Part shown: one piece after another, positions 18,655 to 28,812 of the stretch
Position numbering within the stretch: position 1 is the first letter of the stretch
Layout: each line of letters begins with the position of its first letter
IMG/VR virus record: IMGVR_UViG_3300025943_000008
Coordinates: 1 to 35,843 of that record
DNA length: 35,843 nt
Direction: 5' to 3' (one strand)
DNA from: a virus
Taxonomy: Duplodnaviria; Caudoviricetes
Notes under the pieces: generated by a model
Seen by the model: only the letters and a program-made list of their open reading frames with translations
Told to the model about the DNA's origin: nothing
Database searches by the model: none
Made by a program: the position numbers and the translations under genes

Positions 18655-19850
18655 GGCTCAACCATTTCCCCCGCCGCGTATAATGTCGGCGGAACTATTT
18701 TGAGTATGGCGCTTGATTCTTCGCGCGATGAAGTAAACTCAACATCAGTGATCAAAAATGTAAAGCCATTTTTTACCAGTAAGGTCGGCGAAATTATTGT
18801 GACAAGCGAATTTGCTTCCCATAATTTGCCATTTGGCGCGTACCACGTATTTACCGGAAATGGTATATCCAGCGATTCAGCTGCTGTTTTATTTTTGCGC
18901 CATTCCGCCGCTGATTTGGCGTTACCCGGTATATCATCAGACGCGTTAAATACTAATAGTCGCGGCGATTTGACTGTCAGATCTGTGGCGACTCCGGTTT
19001 TTGACGCATTTTTTGAATGTGCCGATTGTGCTATGGCTTTGTATGTCGCATAACGTTTTCGGCCTATAAATGACGCAACATATTGTTCCGCGATATAGCT
19101 TCCATCCTCTGTTATTGTACCTACGGATTCACCGTTAATATTTGCCGTTGTGATGAGCAAGTCTCCATGTTTTGTACATGATAATATGACGCCGCGCTGT
19201 TTTGCGAGTGCGACAAGATGATCAAATATTTTTTCAGTTGGTTTTGCGCATACGCGGGGGAATTTTTTTTCCTCTTTTATGAGTTTTGATTTATACGTGG
19301 GAACATATTTTATATCTTTATTTCCAAATTGCAATCCGGTATAATTTTTATCGTTTTGTTTTGCGGTTTGCCATTTATACCCCGTCATAACAACTTTTCT
19401 GCGTGTCTCATTTATTTTTTCAGCCGCATCAGGTCCGACAATAACCTGTATCCCGTACGGTTCACATTGTTGTTTACATCGCTCAGATAATGTGACGTTG
19501 TTCATTTCATACGGCGGATATATTGTTGAGTCAATTATATTAGCAATTTTGCTCCACCCATCAAGTTTTTTTGTACGGCCCCTGTTGTCAATGTTATGCG
19601 ATACGTCATACAAGGTCGATTCATTTTGCAATTGTCCGCCCAAATAAATAGCCGCGTTGGAATATTTATAAGGCATTGTAATTTTGTCAAGTTCAGGATC
19701 AAGTCCCTCTTGCCAAGGGATTACCGCCGTCCATCCGTCCGCGCCGTGGTCAAATGATCGGCGAAGCGATAACGTATCAAATATTATTTCTCGGCCCTCA
19801 ATAATAAGAGTGGCCTCGTTTTGCCCTTTGTTTGGCAGAGTGTCAGACAT
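18645..19850 (-). CDS. Baseplate hub (Mu gp44/gpP-like)
   Basis: Position, size, C-terminal WYAPNGKLWEAN..V.I motif. Confidence 0.8.
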   Translation of the reverse strand: MSDTLPNKGQNEATLIIEGREIIFDTLSLRRSFDHGADGWTAVIPWQEGLDPELDKITMPYKYSNAAIYLGGQLQNESTLYDVSHNIDNRGRTKKLDGWSKIANIIDSTIYPPYEMNNVTLSERCKQQCEPYGIQVIVGPDAAEKINETRRKVVMTGYKWQTAKQNDKNYTGLQFGNKDIKYVPTYKSKLIKEEKKFPRVCAKPTEKIFDHLVALAKQRGVILSCTKHGDLLITTANINGESVGTITEDGSYIAEQYVASFIGRKRYATYKAIAQSAHSKNASKTGVATDLTVKSPRLLVFNASDDIPGNAKSAAEWRKNKTAAESLDIPFPVNTWYAPNGKLWEANSLVTIISPTLLVKNGFTFLITDVEFTSSREESSAILKIVPPTLYAAGEMVEPWS

Positions 19851-21120
19851 ATATCACGACCTCCCGGCCAGCAGGGAGGATCAAAATATCTTTGCCGTAT
19901 AAATTGTTTGATTGCAAAAATAATTTATAGTTAGCATCATCGTCTCCGAGTGACCCATATTCGGTAACTGTTATTTCAATCGGAGACCTTGTTTTTTTAA
20001 GAGTAAAACGTTTTTCAGTTTTAAGGTTAAAAAATTGACTGGTTAAGTAAATCATCGTTGATGAAAATAATTTTTGAAGCGACGTGTATGATTGCATTTG
20101 CGAAAAATATTGTTTGTCGATATCAAGATCAGTAAAATTAGACTGTACATCTTCAATTGCGGCTATCATGCCGTTAAAAATTGCTGTTATGTCATCCATC
20201 GCCGCGATAATTTCAGACCGCACGGTAAAATCAGATGTTACAATAATGCGACAAATGGAAATCAAAATTGCCATGATCCCGAACTCTTGAAAAATAGCCT
20301 TGTTATAATCTTCCGGGGTATTGCTCGGCGGTGATAAATTTGTTACAGACTCGGAAAAATCTTCATACGCTGAAAATCTTGCGGTAAAATCGCTACTTGA
20401 TTCAAGCGGGATAGCAATCACATCGATAAGCGCCTGACACATTAAATCAATGGTGTCTTCGTCACTTGCATCAGATTGAAATTGCGTAACCAATAATGAT
20501 AAGCTGCTTTTTGCCGATAACCACGCATCATTTATTATTGCGTCTGTAGCTGACAAATTTTTTAGATCATTTGCAAGTCCTGAAATTTTGTTGATCATAT
20601 TTGCGGCGGCTTGCACTGCGGCGTAAAGATCGGAACGCAATTGTTTTGCCTGTGCAATTGAGTCTTCTATAACTGCAAGAACGTTTGATAACGTTTGCGT
20701 AATAGATTCTTGTGCGGATATCGTTGTCTCAATATTGGCCGGTTCAAACATCACCAGATCGCATTGCGTGAAATTTCCGTTTTCAACGGGTTGGATGTCT
20801 TCCTCAAAAGAAACAAGTTGGAGATTTAGAGTGCCTTTTGTGGGGTGTATAACTATCCATACACCTCTTTCTTTTTTGCATGACTCAATAAAAGATTCAG
20901 CTTCTTTATGATGATTTAACCCTTGAAAAAATATTGTTAACGGATATTGAATTGATTTTACTCCGAGATCCTGAACAATAGTCCCGTTAAAATTTGGCGG
21001 ATCAAATATACCGAGCTTGCGTTCGCCTGTACGCTTCCCGCCTTTCCATAACGCTGAAAATTCATTCCCATCCGGCGAGGTAAACTCAATAGTATCGCGT
21101 GTATCTGATTTCCAACTCAT
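19843..21120 (-). CDS. Mu gpN-like DNA circularisation / tail initiator protein
   Basis: MSWK, VQDLG and IHPTKG N-terminal motifs; LysM-like C-terminus; follows the TMP. Confidence 0.8.
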   Translation of the reverse strand: MSWKSDTRDTIEFTSPDGNEFSALWKGGKRTGERKLGIFDPPNFNGTIVQDLGVKSIQYPLTIFFQGLNHHKEAESFIESCKKERGVWIVIHPTKGTLNLQLVSFEEDIQPVENGNFTQCDLVMFEPANIETTISAQESITQTLSNVLAVIEDSIAQAKQLRSDLYAAVQAAANMINKISGLANDLKNLSATDAIINDAWLSAKSSLSLLVTQFQSDASDEDTIDLMCQALIDVIAIPLESSSDFTARFSAYEDFSESVTNLSPPSNTPEDYNKAIFQEFGIMAILISICRIIVTSDFTVRSEIIAAMDDITAIFNGMIAAIEDVQSNFTDLDIDKQYFSQMQSYTSLQKLFSSTMIYLTSQFFNLKTEKRFTLKKTRSPIEITVTEYGSLGDDDANYKLFLQSNNLYGKDILILPAGREVVIYV

Positions 21121-22685
21121 TAGTTGGCCCCCGCCATTTCCATATTCACGCGCGCGCCACGTCGCGGCGACACTTCGGCCTTTGATCCTGGATTTGCATT
21201 ATACAGATTTACGCGTACATTATTATTATTACGGATTTCCGCTTCGGCTTTATTTGGTGCCTGATATTGCGTGTTTTTTTCATTTGCAGGAGCATATTTT
21301 TTGAGAAAATCAGGGGTCGCATCAACTCCGGTTTTTGTTTGTAATTCTCGGAATGTTTTTTTGTTGACCTCATAAGTTAATTTTCCCATGCCCTCTAAAA
21401 AACCTTTGGTTTTAAATGTGTCCCACGCCTCAGATAATGCTTTTAACATCCCAATAACTGCGCCTAACGTTCCCATTGTATTGACTTGTGATTGTGTCCA
21501 TTGATCCCAATTAGCGATGATTCCGGGAAGTTCCGTTGCTAAAAATGTAATTGCGGCTATAAGTGCAAACCACGGCATCGCTTTTGTAGCAATATTTAAA
21601 GCTTTTTGCGCAAATTCCCATTTTTGGATTGCTGATACTACATTGCTGATAGTCCCTGGATATGTTTTCAATGTTTCCAACAATCCAAATGCTTTCCATA
21701 ACTGCGTAAATGCGATCACGCTTCGGAGCCCCTTTGAAAATAGAAAAAATCCTTTTGCGATTGTAAAAACAACCTTGAGCCCCGCAATTGACATCACTAT
21801 ATACGGCAACAACGGCGCGAGTTTTGTAATTATTTTTAAAATTGGCGGCAACGCTTTTGTAAATGGCGGCAATATTTTTAAAACAAATTCGAGTAACGAT
21901 TTTTTAAGCGGAACTAATTGTTCGCCCACTAACTCCATGGCGTCACCGATTTCATTTTTTGCCCCTATTTCCATCCCGGCAGCAGTTTTACGCAATGCAA
22001 CGTTTGTTCCGCCATACAATTTATTTATTTCTTTTAACAAATATGCTTGAGCTTTTTCGCGCCCCTCGGTCCGCTGCATAACCTTAATCATATTTTCTTG
22101 CTGTTCGGTAAATTGTATCCCACGTCGACGCAACGCAGTCATACCGCGAGCCGGATCGTCCATCGCTTTTCCAAGCATGATTGTAACACCTTGCAATTGC
22201 TCGGAAGACGCTTTAACTCCATACAGTTTCGCGGTTATATCCATAGCCGCACCCTGCATTTCGTTAAAATTCTTTTTCGTCACCGATCCGAAAGTCAATA
22301 ATTGCGTTGTAACATTTTGCAAAATAGCTTCGTCGCCGAATATGCCTATTTTTTGCCAATCAGAGGCCATATTTTGAAATTGTTTTGATGTCGTCCCGAT
22401 TGCGTTATTTGTAGATTTCAATCCCGCTTCTAAATTTGCAACCGCCGTCTCTTGCTCATGCCATGCCTCAATGGATGAATTGGCAAATTTCAATACACCA
22501 GCCGCACCTAACACAGGTAGATATCCCTTTATCCCGCCTAAAAAACTATCGCTTGCCTTATTGAGTCGCGCAAATATGGCAGATCCGCGACGCGAAAATT
22601 TATCAGCGGCCGCACCCATGCGCCCAAATGTTGCAGACACTCTGTCAACCGCTGTAAATTGTGTTCTTACTGCCATATCCGGCAT
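21120..22685 (-). CDS. Tape measure protein (521 aa)
   Basis: TAVDRVS N-terminus, LGKAMDDP..G..AL.R.G motif, hydrophobic middle; follows the chaperones. Confidence 0.85.
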   Translation of the reverse strand: MPDMAVRTQFTAVDRVSATFGRMGAAADKFSRRGSAIFARLNKASDSFLGGIKGYLPVLGAAGVLKFANSSIEAWHEQETAVANLEAGLKSTNNAIGTTSKQFQNMASDWQKIGIFGDEAILQNVTTQLLTFGSVTKKNFNEMQGAAMDITAKLYGVKASSEQLQGVTIMLGKAMDDPARGMTALRRRGIQFTEQQENMIKVMQRTEGREKAQAYLLKEINKLYGGTNVALRKTAAGMEIGAKNEIGDAMELVGEQLVPLKKSLLEFVLKILPPFTKALPPILKIITKLAPLLPYIVMSIAGLKVVFTIAKGFFLFSKGLRSVIAFTQLWKAFGLLETLKTYPGTISNVVSAIQKWEFAQKALNIATKAMPWFALIAAITFLATELPGIIANWDQWTQSQVNTMGTLGAVIGMLKALSEAWDTFKTKGFLEGMGKLTYEVNKKTFRELQTKTGVDATPDFLKKYAPANEKNTQYQAPNKAEAEIRNNNNVRVNLYNANPGSKAEVSPRRGARVNMEMAGAN

Positions 22686-22860
22686 TATTTTATTAACCCC
22701 GCTTTTTTTGCGGCCTCAATATCTGCATTGATCATCGATTCATGACATAGGTCATAAAATTTCAATTCATGGTATGGCATTTCTCGTATAACGTTCACCG
22801 GCTGATGCCTCCGAAACATGTCCCACATCATTTGGCCTATTTTGTCTAACACGACAAAAA
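22685..22860 (-). CDS. -1 frameshift extension of the tail assembly chaperone (G-T-like)
   Basis: Open -1 frame from the slippery site to the TMP start; EMPYHELKFY motif typical of T segments. Confidence 0.7.
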
Positions 22861-23322
22861 AATGGAACCAAGCACCTCGCAAAGGGAAAGATCAACGGAT
22901 TTTAGCTTTGCGATACCGTCAGAGCCTACATTCGATAGCGTACCCATGACCTCGTATATTTTGCCGTGCGCGTCATTTGCTTTTACGTTTGCCATTGATA
23001 GTTTTGCGCGTCCGTCAAGTTCACGATATACCAGATCATCTTCTTTCCGGCCTGATCGCATATGTTGTACAACTTTAAACGTTCCGTTTTTGTCGTCGAT
23101 TTCAAGTCTTCCGAGGCGGATAGCTTTTACCGCGCGATTGATAGAGTTTTCAAAAATCTTTTTGTAGTCTTCGTCAAAATCTTTTTCCGGATCTATTTCG
23201 TAAAAATCCAGGATGCGTTTTATTTCAGAAAAAGCAACTTCCTCGGAAAGTTTATATTTCATTTCCGAATCTGATTCGTCTCCGTCTGCGGTCAATTTTT
23301 TGAATTTATCAAAGATGTTCAT
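22846..23322 (-). CDS. Tail assembly chaperone
   Basis: Acidic 158 aa protein before the TMP, AAGGAG SD, slippery site at the 3' end. Confidence 0.75.
   Translation of the reverse strand: MNIFDKFKKLTADGDESDSEMKYKLSEEVAFSEIKRILDFYEIDPEKDFDEDYKKIFENSINRAVKAIRLGRLEIDDKNGTFKVVQHMRSGRKEDDLVYRELDGRAKLSMANVKANDAHGKIYEVMGTLSNVGSDGIAKLKSVDLSLCEVLGSIFLSC
22855..22861 (-). other. Programmed -1 frameshift site T TTT TTG
   Basis: ATT TTT TTG near the chaperone end; -1 frame reads TTT TTT GTC into the downstream ORF; same heptamer type as P2 E/E'. Confidence 0.75.
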
Positions 23323-24110
23323 GCTGAACTCCTTATAATATTATAGTCAGGAAAAATTAATGATGCAATTCCTAATCTTTCCATATCGCAAGCAGTTTTG
23401 AAAGCCACAACTTTTTTTTCGCCTTGCCTGATCCATGTTTCTTTCGGTCCAAATCTGTTTGATGCTGTACCGATAATGCAGACCTTTGATTTTTCGGTGA
23501 ATTTTCCGGTGCCTTGATATTTTTTTCCGGTTTTATCTTTTTTGTGCCCATACCCTTTACCTTCCTGTGCTTTGCAAATTAAAATATCATTCCAATTTAT
23601 CGGCATGATCGCTGTTAACTGCCTTGAATAATTATGATCACCGCCCTGATGCGGCCACCACCGAGCTTTATTTCTGTGCGACGCATGTGTAAAAAAACAT
23701 TCCGTCTGAAAAGATTTTTGATTCATCCATTTATTCGGAAATATTTTACCGTTATGACGACCTACTTTAAATACATTTACATGATCGCGTAAAGAAAGAG
23801 CAACCATTTTTTCTATGGCGTCAGCACTTACAAGCTCATCGTCGTCGTCCAGAAAATAAAACCAACCGTCATCTAACGGTATTTGTTTTAAAAGATCGTT
23901 ACAATATAGATTGTAAGTTGCGTCGCCTAACGATTTGTCGTAAATTGGGCCCTGTATTATAATGTCACCGTTTACATACTCATCGCGCGGATCATCGGTG
24001 TATATTATGGTAACGATACTTTTGTACGTCTGCTCCTTTATCGTCTCCATCATTCTCCGAAAAAATTCGGGACGCCGTGACGTGCGAATGAGTATGTAAA
24101 CAGGCAACAT
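23319..24110 (-). CDS. GT-A fold (GT2-like) glycosyltransferase
   Basis: ILIRT..R, IKEQTY, YFLDDDD (DxD) and GGD motifs; start ATG 24110 after AAGGA. Confidence 0.8.
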   Translation of the reverse strand: MLPVYILIRTSRRPEFFRRMMETIKEQTYKSIVTIIYTDDPRDEYVNGDIIIQGPIYDKSLGDATYNLYCNDLLKQIPLDDGWFYFLDDDDELVSADAIEKMVALSLRDHVNVFKVGRHNGKIFPNKWMNQKSFQTECFFTHASHRNKARWWPHQGGDHNYSRQLTAIMPINWNDILICKAQEGKGYGHKKDKTGKKYQGTGKFTEKSKVCIIGTASNRFGPKETWIRQGEKKVVAFKTACDMERLGIASLIFPDYNIIRSSA

Positions 24111-24120
24111 CCATAAATCC

Positions 24121-24504
24121 TTACTGCGCAAGAAACGCAGTGAATTCACTTATCGGAATAAGGTTAACTGAAACTTTGCCGGTTGATGAATCCCACTTGT
24201 CGGCCTTGATCCTCCCGGTCCCGCGATATGCTGATCCGTCGATCGTATATATTGCAAGGGTAAGATCCGCGAGCGAATTTGCTTTTGCGCGCAATCTCTC
24301 AAGCATCGCCGGTGTTCCTTGCAATTCAAGCCCTTCAATGGTCGGGACAATTTTTGTCATTTTCATAAGCGTATCGCCGGTTGTCGCCTGACCTTCAATG
24401 TCGTAGCTTGACGCGGAAAAATCGCCTTTGCCGTCAGCAGCAACTACAAACGGTTCACCATCTATTACGCATTTTTTTAATGTGCCTACAATATTTGATG
24501 CCAT
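24121..24504 (-). CDS. Tail tube protein (Mu-like)
   Basis: 127 aa immediately after the sheath; GGAGG SD. Confidence 0.75.
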   Translation of the reverse strand: MASNIVGTLKKCVIDGEPFVVAADGKGDFSASSYDIEGQATTGDTLMKMTKIVPTIEGLELQGTPAMLERLRAKANSLADLTLAIYTIDGSAYRGTGRIKADKWDSSTGKVSVNLIPISEFTAFLAQ

Positions 24505-26063
24505 TACGCATTACCTCCTGCTGTCAAAATTGCAATCGACGTATCAAGTGTAAGATCGGAATTTATAATCCCGCCCTCTCCCGACGGTATGAACGGACAA
24601 TAAATATCAAATCCGGTAAGACCCGATCTGAGATCAACGGTAAATCTTGTTTTCGGAATTGTTGTTTCAAAAATCCACCCGAGCGCATAAAATGCGTCAA
24701 TGAGCGCATTGACATCGTCTTTTACCGCGTCCACATCACGAGCTTTTCTGCGTGCAGTGGGATCTGTGACGGTCGCGGTATCGGTAACGATAAAAATGCC
24801 TTTCCATTTTTCGCGTTCAAAATTTGCTTTCCAGTTCGCAAGCATATTTTGTTTTATTGAGATGTTTTTCATCTGCCGGAATGAATTTGATTCAACGGCT
24901 ACCGAGTCGGGATGATAAAATGTCACGATGTTTTGCGCATATACGATACCATTTTTTACCATTGATGTCGATATACCTGATTTCACGGCGAGGTCGCGGT
25001 TATCATAATCATTTGTCCATCTGTCGGCGGTTGCCCCAGGCCATACGCCATCAAGTGCAACGTCGATATATCCGACCTGCGGCAATGTTGAATTTATCAC
25101 CGCCATAGCGCCTATCATCTGCGCTGCAATTTCTTGCGGGTGTGACTGTGATCCGGGAACACAAATCATGCCGTTGGTTCTATCTGTCGCCTTACGCGCG
25201 AGACCGACCGCAAGTGCAGCAGATAATCCACCTGATCCGGCGGTGACGTCGCCGATCAGTGAACGAAATGGGCGACCGCATTCCTTTGCATAATTACCGA
25301 CGTAATCGTTCCCGAGTCCGTTATATGTGGAAATTGCATTTAACGTTGCTGAATCGTTTCCGTATCCATGTATGAGGTTTGTAAAAAACTTTTCGTTTTG
25401 TCCGTCACCTGTTCCGAGCGCGTCGAGCGCGTCTTGTATGTCCGGAACACCAGTTCCACCAGACATATCAGTGATTGTACATGCGACGCCCGATGGCAAC
25501 GCCTCGCCTGCATTGAGAGAAAACGCAAGTGAAATATCATTACCCCACGGTCCGCCCGATTTTGATGTCAGATTAACCGCTGCGCTTGCAGCAAGAGCCG
25601 TGACAGGCAAATCATTGATTGCGTTTATAGCCGCCGCTACTGCGGTTGCGATTGCTGTATTTGCCATACCTTCCGTTGTCGCGATTGCTACGCGGTCCCC
25701 GGCAATATAAAGCGCAATGGTACCCGCGACAACGCCGGTCGACGCGGTAAAATCAAGCGATCCTGTTGCCTGATCCGGATCAGAGCCGCCCTCAAGTTGC
25801 GGGATGACCCATGTCTCCACGGTGCCCGGTTTAAACGCGGCTTTTGCAAGTCGATGGAGCATAAACCCGAATCCGGTTTTTGATGCTACATCGTTAGGCG
25901 AAAAAACTTGAAACGGCACATTTTCCGCAAGTGCTGAAAATGTTGCCTCGTCAAATGTACCAATAATAACATTTTTTTGCGCGATAACCGACGCGGATAC
26001 GGCAAGTTGTTCATTTTTTATTCCGACCGCGTTAATAGCCGCGAGTGAGTTACTTGTTATCAT
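24504..26063 (-). CDS. Tail sheath protein (Mu gpL-like)
   Basis: GTIALYIAG, AINA..DLPVTA, GGTGVPDI..AL motifs; ATG 26063 after GGAGG. Confidence 0.9.
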   Translation of the reverse strand: MITSNSLAAINAVGIKNEQLAVSASVIAQKNVIIGTFDEATFSALAENVPFQVFSPNDVASKTGFGFMLHRLAKAAFKPGTVETWVIPQLEGGSDPDQATGSLDFTASTGVVAGTIALYIAGDRVAIATTEGMANTAIATAVAAAINAINDLPVTALAASAAVNLTSKSGGPWGNDISLAFSLNAGEALPSGVACTITDMSGGTGVPDIQDALDALGTGDGQNEKFFTNLIHGYGNDSATLNAISTYNGLGNDYVGNYAKECGRPFRSLIGDVTAGSGGLSAALAVGLARKATDRTNGMICVPGSQSHPQEIAAQMIGAMAVINSTLPQVGYIDVALDGVWPGATADRWTNDYDNRDLAVKSGISTSMVKNGIVYAQNIVTFYHPDSVAVESNSFRQMKNISIKQNMLANWKANFEREKWKGIFIVTDTATVTDPTARRKARDVDAVKDDVNALIDAFYALGWIFETTIPKTRFTVDLRSGLTGFDIYCPFIPSGEGGIINSDLTLDTSIAILTAGGNA

Positions 26064-26064
26064 G

Positions 26065-26700
26065 CTATTCCTCCACAATATTATCGTTTACTGCGTCAAT
26101 TCCGTGGCCCTCACCAAAATCGGTTGACGTGGTAACAGTATCCGGATATATTCCGGTTTCACCGCGAATATCTTCACTCACGCGGCATGTATATTTTATA
26201 ACTGCTGTTTTTACTACAAGATTTCCGTTTTCAAGCGCGTCATGTTTTATGATGCTATCTACAAATCTGTTTGCAATTGATCCCGAATCAAGTCCGGCGT
26301 CAACGTTACGCGCATCCATCAAAATTTGAAAAACTTCTTCGATAAAATTATCGATTTTGTCATCGGCTTCCGCTGATGCTGTTTTTATCGACGCAATCGC
26401 GGCGGCTTTTTGTATATCTGATGATCCTGGATTTTCTAACACCGACAAATCGCCTTTCGCGGTTGCGGAAACTGAGAGCACTACATCAAAACTGATGTCG
26501 TGCGATACCGGTCCGTATTGTCCAGATGATCCCTTTGGGAATTGCCCCTGATCATACACAACCTGGACAAGCTGATCGATCCCCTTCATCCCTTCTGCGC
26601 TTTTGCTTTGTGTGTCATGTCCAATTACCCGGAACAATCCGAGAGATTGATCATTCAACAAATTTACAAGCGCAGTTTTTACGGTGCGAAACATCATCAT
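26065..26700 (-). CDS. Tail completion/terminator protein
   Basis: Position between the head-closure gene and the sheath. Confidence 0.55.
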   Translation of the reverse strand: MMMFRTVKTALVNLLNDQSLGLFRVIGHDTQSKSAEGMKGIDQLVQVVYDQGQFPKGSSGQYGPVSHDISFDVVLSVSATAKGDLSVLENPGSSDIQKAAAIASIKTASAEADDKIDNFIEEVFQILMDARNVDAGLDSGSIANRFVDSIIKHDALENGNLVVKTAVIKYTCRVSEDIRGETGIYPDTVTTSTDFGEGHGIDAVNDNIVEE

Positions 26701-27122
26701 GATTCTGATCCTGTTGGAATTACTGTATCATTTTCAATTGTCTGCGGCATAATTTTTATAATCCCGAGATCAGTTCCTTTTTCATAAGCGCGATCTATTG
26801 AAAATAAAAATTGTTTCATCGGTGCGCCATGCACCGGAGATGTCGCAAATCTGATAAACCATTTTTCGTTTGGTGCCGGTACGCGCGTGAGGCTTGATGT
26901 CCGCAACGTTACCGATGGTTTATCAACTACAATCGGCTCTCCGGTTTCTGGATTTTCTCCGCGCGAGTACATACGAATAGATCCTCTCAACAATTCCGTC
27001 GGGTTATTTGCGCTATATTTTTGCGTTGCCCCGTCTGGTGATGTTAATTCTATAACTGTACCGAGTTCAGATTCGATGCAATCATATAGATCCTGTTCCG
27101 CTGTCTCGCGCAGAGATTCCAT
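26697..27122 (-). CDS. Head-tail joining/closure protein (gpFII-like)
   Basis: Position after the capsid gene; size and beta-rich composition. Confidence 0.55.
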   Translation of the reverse strand: MESLRETAEQDLYDCIESELGTVIELTSPDGATQKYSANNPTELLRGSIRMYSRGENPETGEPIVVDKPSVTLRTSSLTRVPAPNEKWFIRFATSPVHGAPMKQFLFSIDRAYEKGTDLGIIKIMPQTIENDTVIPTGSES

Positions 27123-27129
27123 TATTCTC

Positions 27130-28344
27130 TTAGCTCTCCGGAGTCAACACGCCGGTAAGCGTTGCGAATGCGTCTGTATGAGTCGTCGCAAATATCGGCG
27201 CGGTTTGCGTTCTGATGTTTACAACTTTGTTTTCAGCGGCAAATGCGTCATGATAGAACATTGCCGGTGAAATAACCGCTCCCTGATTTGCCACAACGGG
27301 CATCGGGGGATTTGCCATGTTAAAACCGAACATCTCCTGGTACCATGCCATTTGCGAAGCTACAGGTGGCAGAATGTCGGATGGTCCGAAATATCTGTCG
27401 CAACGTGCGCCATAATATCCCATAAACACGGTATCCGATGGAATATAATCTTGCACGACGTTATTAGCATCTTCGTAAACTGCCACATAACTAAATAGCC
27501 AGAATTGATATCCGTTTTTAGTTCTGACCAATCCCATGCATACCGCACCACCATCTACAAGCGGTTGCAATTCAGCAGGAACCGGATTCGCGGCGGATAC
27601 CACGACAAGACTGTAATAATCTTTGTTTGCGTCTGCTTTTACTTTTATATTATCAAGATACACCGGTAATACATCTTGAGACATAAAAACAAAATTCGGT
27701 TTTATTTTCCCATAAACGAGAATTCGTTTAAACATGGTCTCCAGATCATGATTCGGATCTGAGTTTGTCTGATCCCATGCAAGCGTTCCGAGCGCGGATA
27801 TCGTCGTGGTCAATGCCGCATTACGTCGGAAGTCATAAATCAAATCGGTGTTTGTAGTCCCGATGATTGACGGCATTTTACCGGTAATGAGCGATTGCCA
27901 CGACAGATATTCAAAGGTCCGGACAAATCGGCGGATATGCTCAAGGTGTTCGTTAAGTGCCAGTTCGCGGAGACGATCAAAACGAGTGCGCTGTGCATAC
28001 GGATTTTCACCGGCGAGACGTGTCAGCAATTGCGAAACATCTATCGGCGATTTTTCTTCCATGAGCGGATACACCCTGGAAAAAGTTGAAAATTTCTGCG
28101 TCGTTCCGGTTTTGCCCGAAATATCTCGTGAGTCAGTGCCTCGGCTGATCATTGCGGCAAGTTTTCTGTTGCCTTTGATCACATCGATTTCAACGACAAG
28201 TTTATCCTCGGAGTAAACCGTTTTGCTTCCATGCGACGGATTTCCAAAAAATGATTGACCCGTGGTGTTTACGGCGATCATCTGTCGATCGTCGAAAAGC
28301 TCAGCCATATATCGGGAATACATATCTACTGCTTGTAGTGCCAT
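27130..28344 (-). CDS. Major capsid protein (lambda gpE-like)
   Basis: VEIDV..G.RKLA, R..EY...Q.L.TGK and QTAP motifs; follows the decoration gene; AGGAGG SD. Confidence 0.88.
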   Translation of the reverse strand: MALQAVDMYSRYMAELFDDRQMIAVNTTGQSFFGNPSHGSKTVYSEDKLVVEIDVIKGNRKLAAMISRGTDSRDISGKTGTTQKFSTFSRVYPLMEEKSPIDVSQLLTRLAGENPYAQRTRFDRLRELALNEHLEHIRRFVRTFEYLSWQSLITGKMPSIIGTTNTDLIYDFRRNAALTTTISALGTLAWDQTNSDPNHDLETMFKRILVYGKIKPNFVFMSQDVLPVYLDNIKVKADANKDYYSLVVVSAANPVPAELQPLVDGGAVCMGLVRTKNGYQFWLFSYVAVYEDANNVVQDYIPSDTVFMGYYGARCDRYFGPSDILPPVASQMAWYQEMFGFNMANPPMPVVANQGAVISPAMFYHDAFAAENKVVNIRTQTAPIFATTHTDAFATLTGVLTPES

Positions 28345-28360
28345 GTATGACTACCTCCTG

Positions 28361-28810
28361 TTAATTCTCAAGTTCGTCGAGGGAATTTGTATCCTCGATG
28401 ATTATGCCGACTTCACGCAAAACCATTTCGGCTGTGCGCTCGGATATTGTTGATGGATCACAAACGGAATCTGCGGATTGTGTGTCTGCATCCCATTCAA
28501 TCAAATCGCCATTAACCGTACATCCCTGCCCGATGAGAATCGGAACATCTTCGACATCTGCTGCCGCTAGTGTTGCAACCGCGATGTCTTCACCCATGTA
28601 AATACCTTTTGGGAGTGATGCGCCGGTTACAAGGTTAAGCGCAACAAACGGAGTCCATTTTTTACTGTCCGCAATTTGAGCCATGACAGTATATTTTTTG
28701 AGTATGGTTGCACGTTGTGCATCCGTTACGATAGTCTGATTTTTTACAACACCACGCCCCGATATGATAAACGGTTTATTCGTAATTGTTCCAGATACTT
28801 GTACTGCCAT
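28361..28810 (-). CDS. Head decoration protein (gpD-like)
   Basis: Between protease and capsid; TVMAQ, P.GI and LREVGI pattern. Confidence 0.75.
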   Translation of the reverse strand: MAVQVSGTITNKPFIISGRGVVKNQTIVTDAQRATILKKYTVMAQIADSKKWTPFVALNLVTGASLPKGIYMGEDIAVATLAAADVEDVPILIGQGCTVNGDLIEWDADTQSADSVCDPSTISERTAEMVLREVGIIIEDTNSLDELEN

Positions 28811-28812
28811 GA

